Of a stretch of 32,000 bases of DNA, positions 30,039 to 32,000 are shown one piece after another. The first letter of the stretch is position 1. Each line of letters starts with the position of its first letter. The notes beneath the pieces are model-generated. The model searched no databases, had not been told where the DNA came from, and worked only from the letters and a program-made list of their open reading frames with translations. Origin of the DNA: Candidatus Saccharimonadota bacterium. Lineage in GTDB: Bacteria > Patescibacteriota > Gracilibacteria > UBA1369 > 2-02-FULL-48-14. The position numbers were made by a program, and so were the translations under genes. The stretch covers positions 450,001 through 482,000 of the forward strand of contig JBAZVE010000001.1 of NCBI GenBank assembly GCA_041661045.1. The letters are read 5' to 3'.

Positions 30039-31768
30039 TCTACAACGGTAAAGCCATAACGATCCGGCGCGCGGTATTCGGGAGCGGGCAAGCCCGGCTC
30101 GGCAGCGGGCTCATAGAACATGAAGAGCCTAATCACTTGATCGGGCTGAGGATAAATGTGCAAAGGAGCCACTTGATCCATGAGCGCATTGCCCACAAAG
30201 TGGAATTCAATGTAAGGAGTCTCTACTTTTTGAAGTTCCGGCAGCCAGAATTCCATAAAGTCCGCAGTTTCTTGTGCGTTTAGGCCCATGTCCACCAAGA
30301 GGGACGGCAGAGCTTTAGCCACTTCGCTCACGGCGAGGGTGAATCCTGCGTCCTGCAAGATTATTTCTTCATCCGACTGACCTTCCCAAAATAAGTAAGG
30401 GTAGGTTTTCCCGTCAAAAATATTCCAGAGTTCTCCCGTCGGCTTGGCTTTTACAAACCACCCTCGAGGACCGTAAAAAGGTTCCACTTTGGTGAAGACG
30501 GGGATGTCTACACGAACGCTCACTAGGGTTTCCTCCTCCGGATACAAGTAGATCACCGGCTTTCCACATTCCGCCATGGGGGCGTAAGCGGCGTTGGCAA
30601 CATTGGTATAAGTTCCCGTGTCTAGCTTTATGAAAAAGAAGTCTCCGCTGTGAGCAAAAGATTCGATCGCCATTGGCTCTTCTGTACTTTTCCCTTCGTC
30701 GTATTGAAGTCGAGCCTTGTAAGCGTAATAAGCGCTACTTAATGCGATGGCAAATGGGGACTCTTCGTCTAAATCTCCAGGCTCAGCGAGCCAGAATACG
30801 GGCTCTCCGTCCAAGTCCCCCGCAAGCTCCAATTCTGCTTCTTGCTCAGCCGTAGGAAAGTGTTGGACAATGCAACCGCTTGCAAATCCGCAACCGCTGT
30901 TGACGCTCAAGGCGTAATTCTTGGTCTCTGGGTTAAGCTTTGGCGCATTTTCATTTGGAGTGAATGAAAGTTCGGCCTGTCCCACTAGGTACTCGTCTAC
31001 TTCAAGCTGATTGAATATCTTTGGCGTGAGCTTGTACCTCGCCAAGGTGCCATCTTTATTGAGAGCGTATAGGCAATTATCGATCATGTAAAAGTGTGAA
31101 AACTCGGAACTATTGAGCTCCAGTGGCGTGATTGGCGATCTGGGATTTTCGAAGCTTTGTGCCGCAAGCATATATAAATCATTTGTTAGACTCACCTCCG
31201 TGTCTTCGTAGAGATCGAGGGTATCGGGCACTTCAAGATCTTGGATTCTTGTCTCCGTGTCTTCCTCTACCACTGGGAAAATCTCTGACCTCGCATCTTC
31301 CCACGCTCCATCGTATGCATTCTCAGATGCATTCAGTAAAACGGTCCACTCTTGAGTGCTTTCATCAACTGCAAACCGGAAAGCCGTGTCTCCGCCCATT
31401 CCACCCCCATCGTAGGGCGGGCTTGCTAATACTAAGGTTTGTCCCGCATAGGGGGCCTTAAGAATGGTTCCTATTTTCCAAGCTTTTCTTCCCTTGTCGC
31501 TGTCATCCAGTGGGTTTTCTGCGTAATAGCTTTCGTTGGCGTCCATGATTTCTGAAAGAGGAAGTTCCACAGGTTCATAGAAGTCAACTTCTGCGGAAAT
31601 GCTGTCTTCCCAGGCCACTAGACCACTGGTATCCACGGTCGGCTCCTCTTCCTCTTCTTGAGGTGCCTCTGGCTCTTCGGGTTCTGCTTCAGGATCGGGC
31701 TCTGTGGGGATGAGCTGGCATCCTACTAGGGTAAGGGCCAACAAGAAGGGTAGGGCTTTTTTAAACAT
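30017..31768 (-). CDS. large lipoprotein of unknown function
   Basis: 583 aa with lipobox LTLVGC, then an acidic linker (PDPEAEPEEPEAPQEEEEEP). A conserved-looking C-terminal domain starts at KPVIYLYPEEETLVSV...YPYLFWEG...FMEFWLPEL. It overlaps the downstream Memo-like gene by 22 nt. Confidence 0.7.
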   Translation of the reverse strand: MFKKALPFLLALTLVGCQLIPTEPDPEAEPEEPEAPQEEEEEPTVDTSGLVAWEDSISAEVDFYEPVELPLSEIMDANESYYAENPLDDSDKGRKAWKIGTILKAPYAGQTLVLASPPYDGGGMGGDTAFRFAVDESTQEWTVLLNASENAYDGAWEDARSEIFPVVEEDTETRIQDLEVPDTLDLYEDTEVSLTNDLYMLAAQSFENPRSPITPLELNSSEFSHFYMIDNCLYALNKDGTLARYKLTPKIFNQLEVDEYLVGQAELSFTPNENAPKLNPETKNYALSVNSGCGFASGCIVQHFPTAEQEAELELAGDLDGEPVFWLAEPGDLDEESPFAIALSSAYYAYKARLQYDEGKSTEEPMAIESFAHSGDFFFIKLDTGTYTNVANAAYAPMAECGKPVIYLYPEEETLVSVRVDIPVFTKVEPFYGPRGWFVKAKPTGELWNIFDGKTYPYLFWEGQSDEEIILQDAGFTLAVSEVAKALPSLLVDMGLNAQETADFMEFWLPELQKVETPYIEFHFVGNALMDQVAPLHIYPQPDQVIRLFMFYEPAAEPGLPAPEYRAPDRYGFTVVEWGGSLY

Positions 31769-32000
31769 AGAGAGGGGTTAGGTGCGTGCCGCTTAGATAC
31801 GCTACTTGCTTTAACGCGGGACTTGAATAGAAGTGTCCGGAAAGCGGTTGACTTTTGGCTGGTTTAGTTTGTTTTGTGGCTAGCTTATGCCTGTAATGAG
31901 GTTTATTGAACTTCTTTTTTGTTCATCAGTGTGGGCGCGGACAAAAGGCTTGCTCAAGCCCTGCGGCGGCACAGGATGCTCTTGCGCACATTTTTTGGCT

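Noticed and set aside
1-32000. Alternative genetic code (UGA recoded, as in some candidate phyla)
   Set aside because: Several well-defined genes end at TGA exactly where homologs end or where the next gene starts (5884..5886, 19994..19996, 22550..22552, 23842..23844). All recognisable genes are intact under the standard code.
1-32000. CRISPR arrays, insertion sequences, prophage or toxin-antitoxin and other defence modules
   Set aside because: Only two copies of the 25/36-nt element exist, 9.9 kb apart, so there is no array. I recognised no transposase, integrase, Cas, restriction-modification or toxin-like domains in any frame.

Overview
Gene-dense bacterial chromosomal segment using the standard genetic code: about 32 protein genes plus one tRNA-Asp. 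I found no rRNA, CRISPR array, transposase or integrase. The housekeeping backbone is recognisable from the translations: ispG, infC-rpmI-rplT, murF-holB-TPR, a VanW/YtxH pair, rny, a PduO-type adenosyltransferase-hpf-cysteine desulfurase operon, apbE, a GT4 glycosyltransferase, DUF721/DciA, rpsP-KH and a stand-alone 5'-3' exonuclease. Between these sit AT-poorer-conserved, lineage-specific genes for secreted, lipoprotein or membrane proteins that I cannot assign to a family. Several traits suggest a small-genome, CPR/Patescibacteria-like organism, but this is inference only. The traits are many 1-8 nt gene overlaps, almost no Shine-Dalgarno motifs, a split Pol I exonuclease, a T4SS-pilin-like mini-protein, and many large secreted unknowns. 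The best candidates for new biology are listed below. (1) A three-gene flavinylation module: an orphan RnfD/NqrB-like membrane protein, an RnfG/NqrC-like FMN-binding lipoprotein and a signal-less ApbE, with no other Rnf/Nqr subunits nearby. (2) Two paralogous surface proteins sharing a roughly 260-aa Cys-containing module, flanking a small secreted protein. (3) A 36-nt palindrome-containing intergenic element present twice, the second copy inside a highly structured 120-nt region upstream of tRNA-Asp. (4) At least five operons whose -10 or extended -10 element sits exactly 6-7 nt before the ATG, implying leaderless mRNAs. (5) A HAD phosphatase, lipid kinase and DPPR-synthase-like UbiA operon. 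(6) Two operons of unknown secreted proteins: a Tiki/ChaN-like pair and a Memo-like lipoprotein pair. All functional calls rest on motif recognition by eye. No database search was run.
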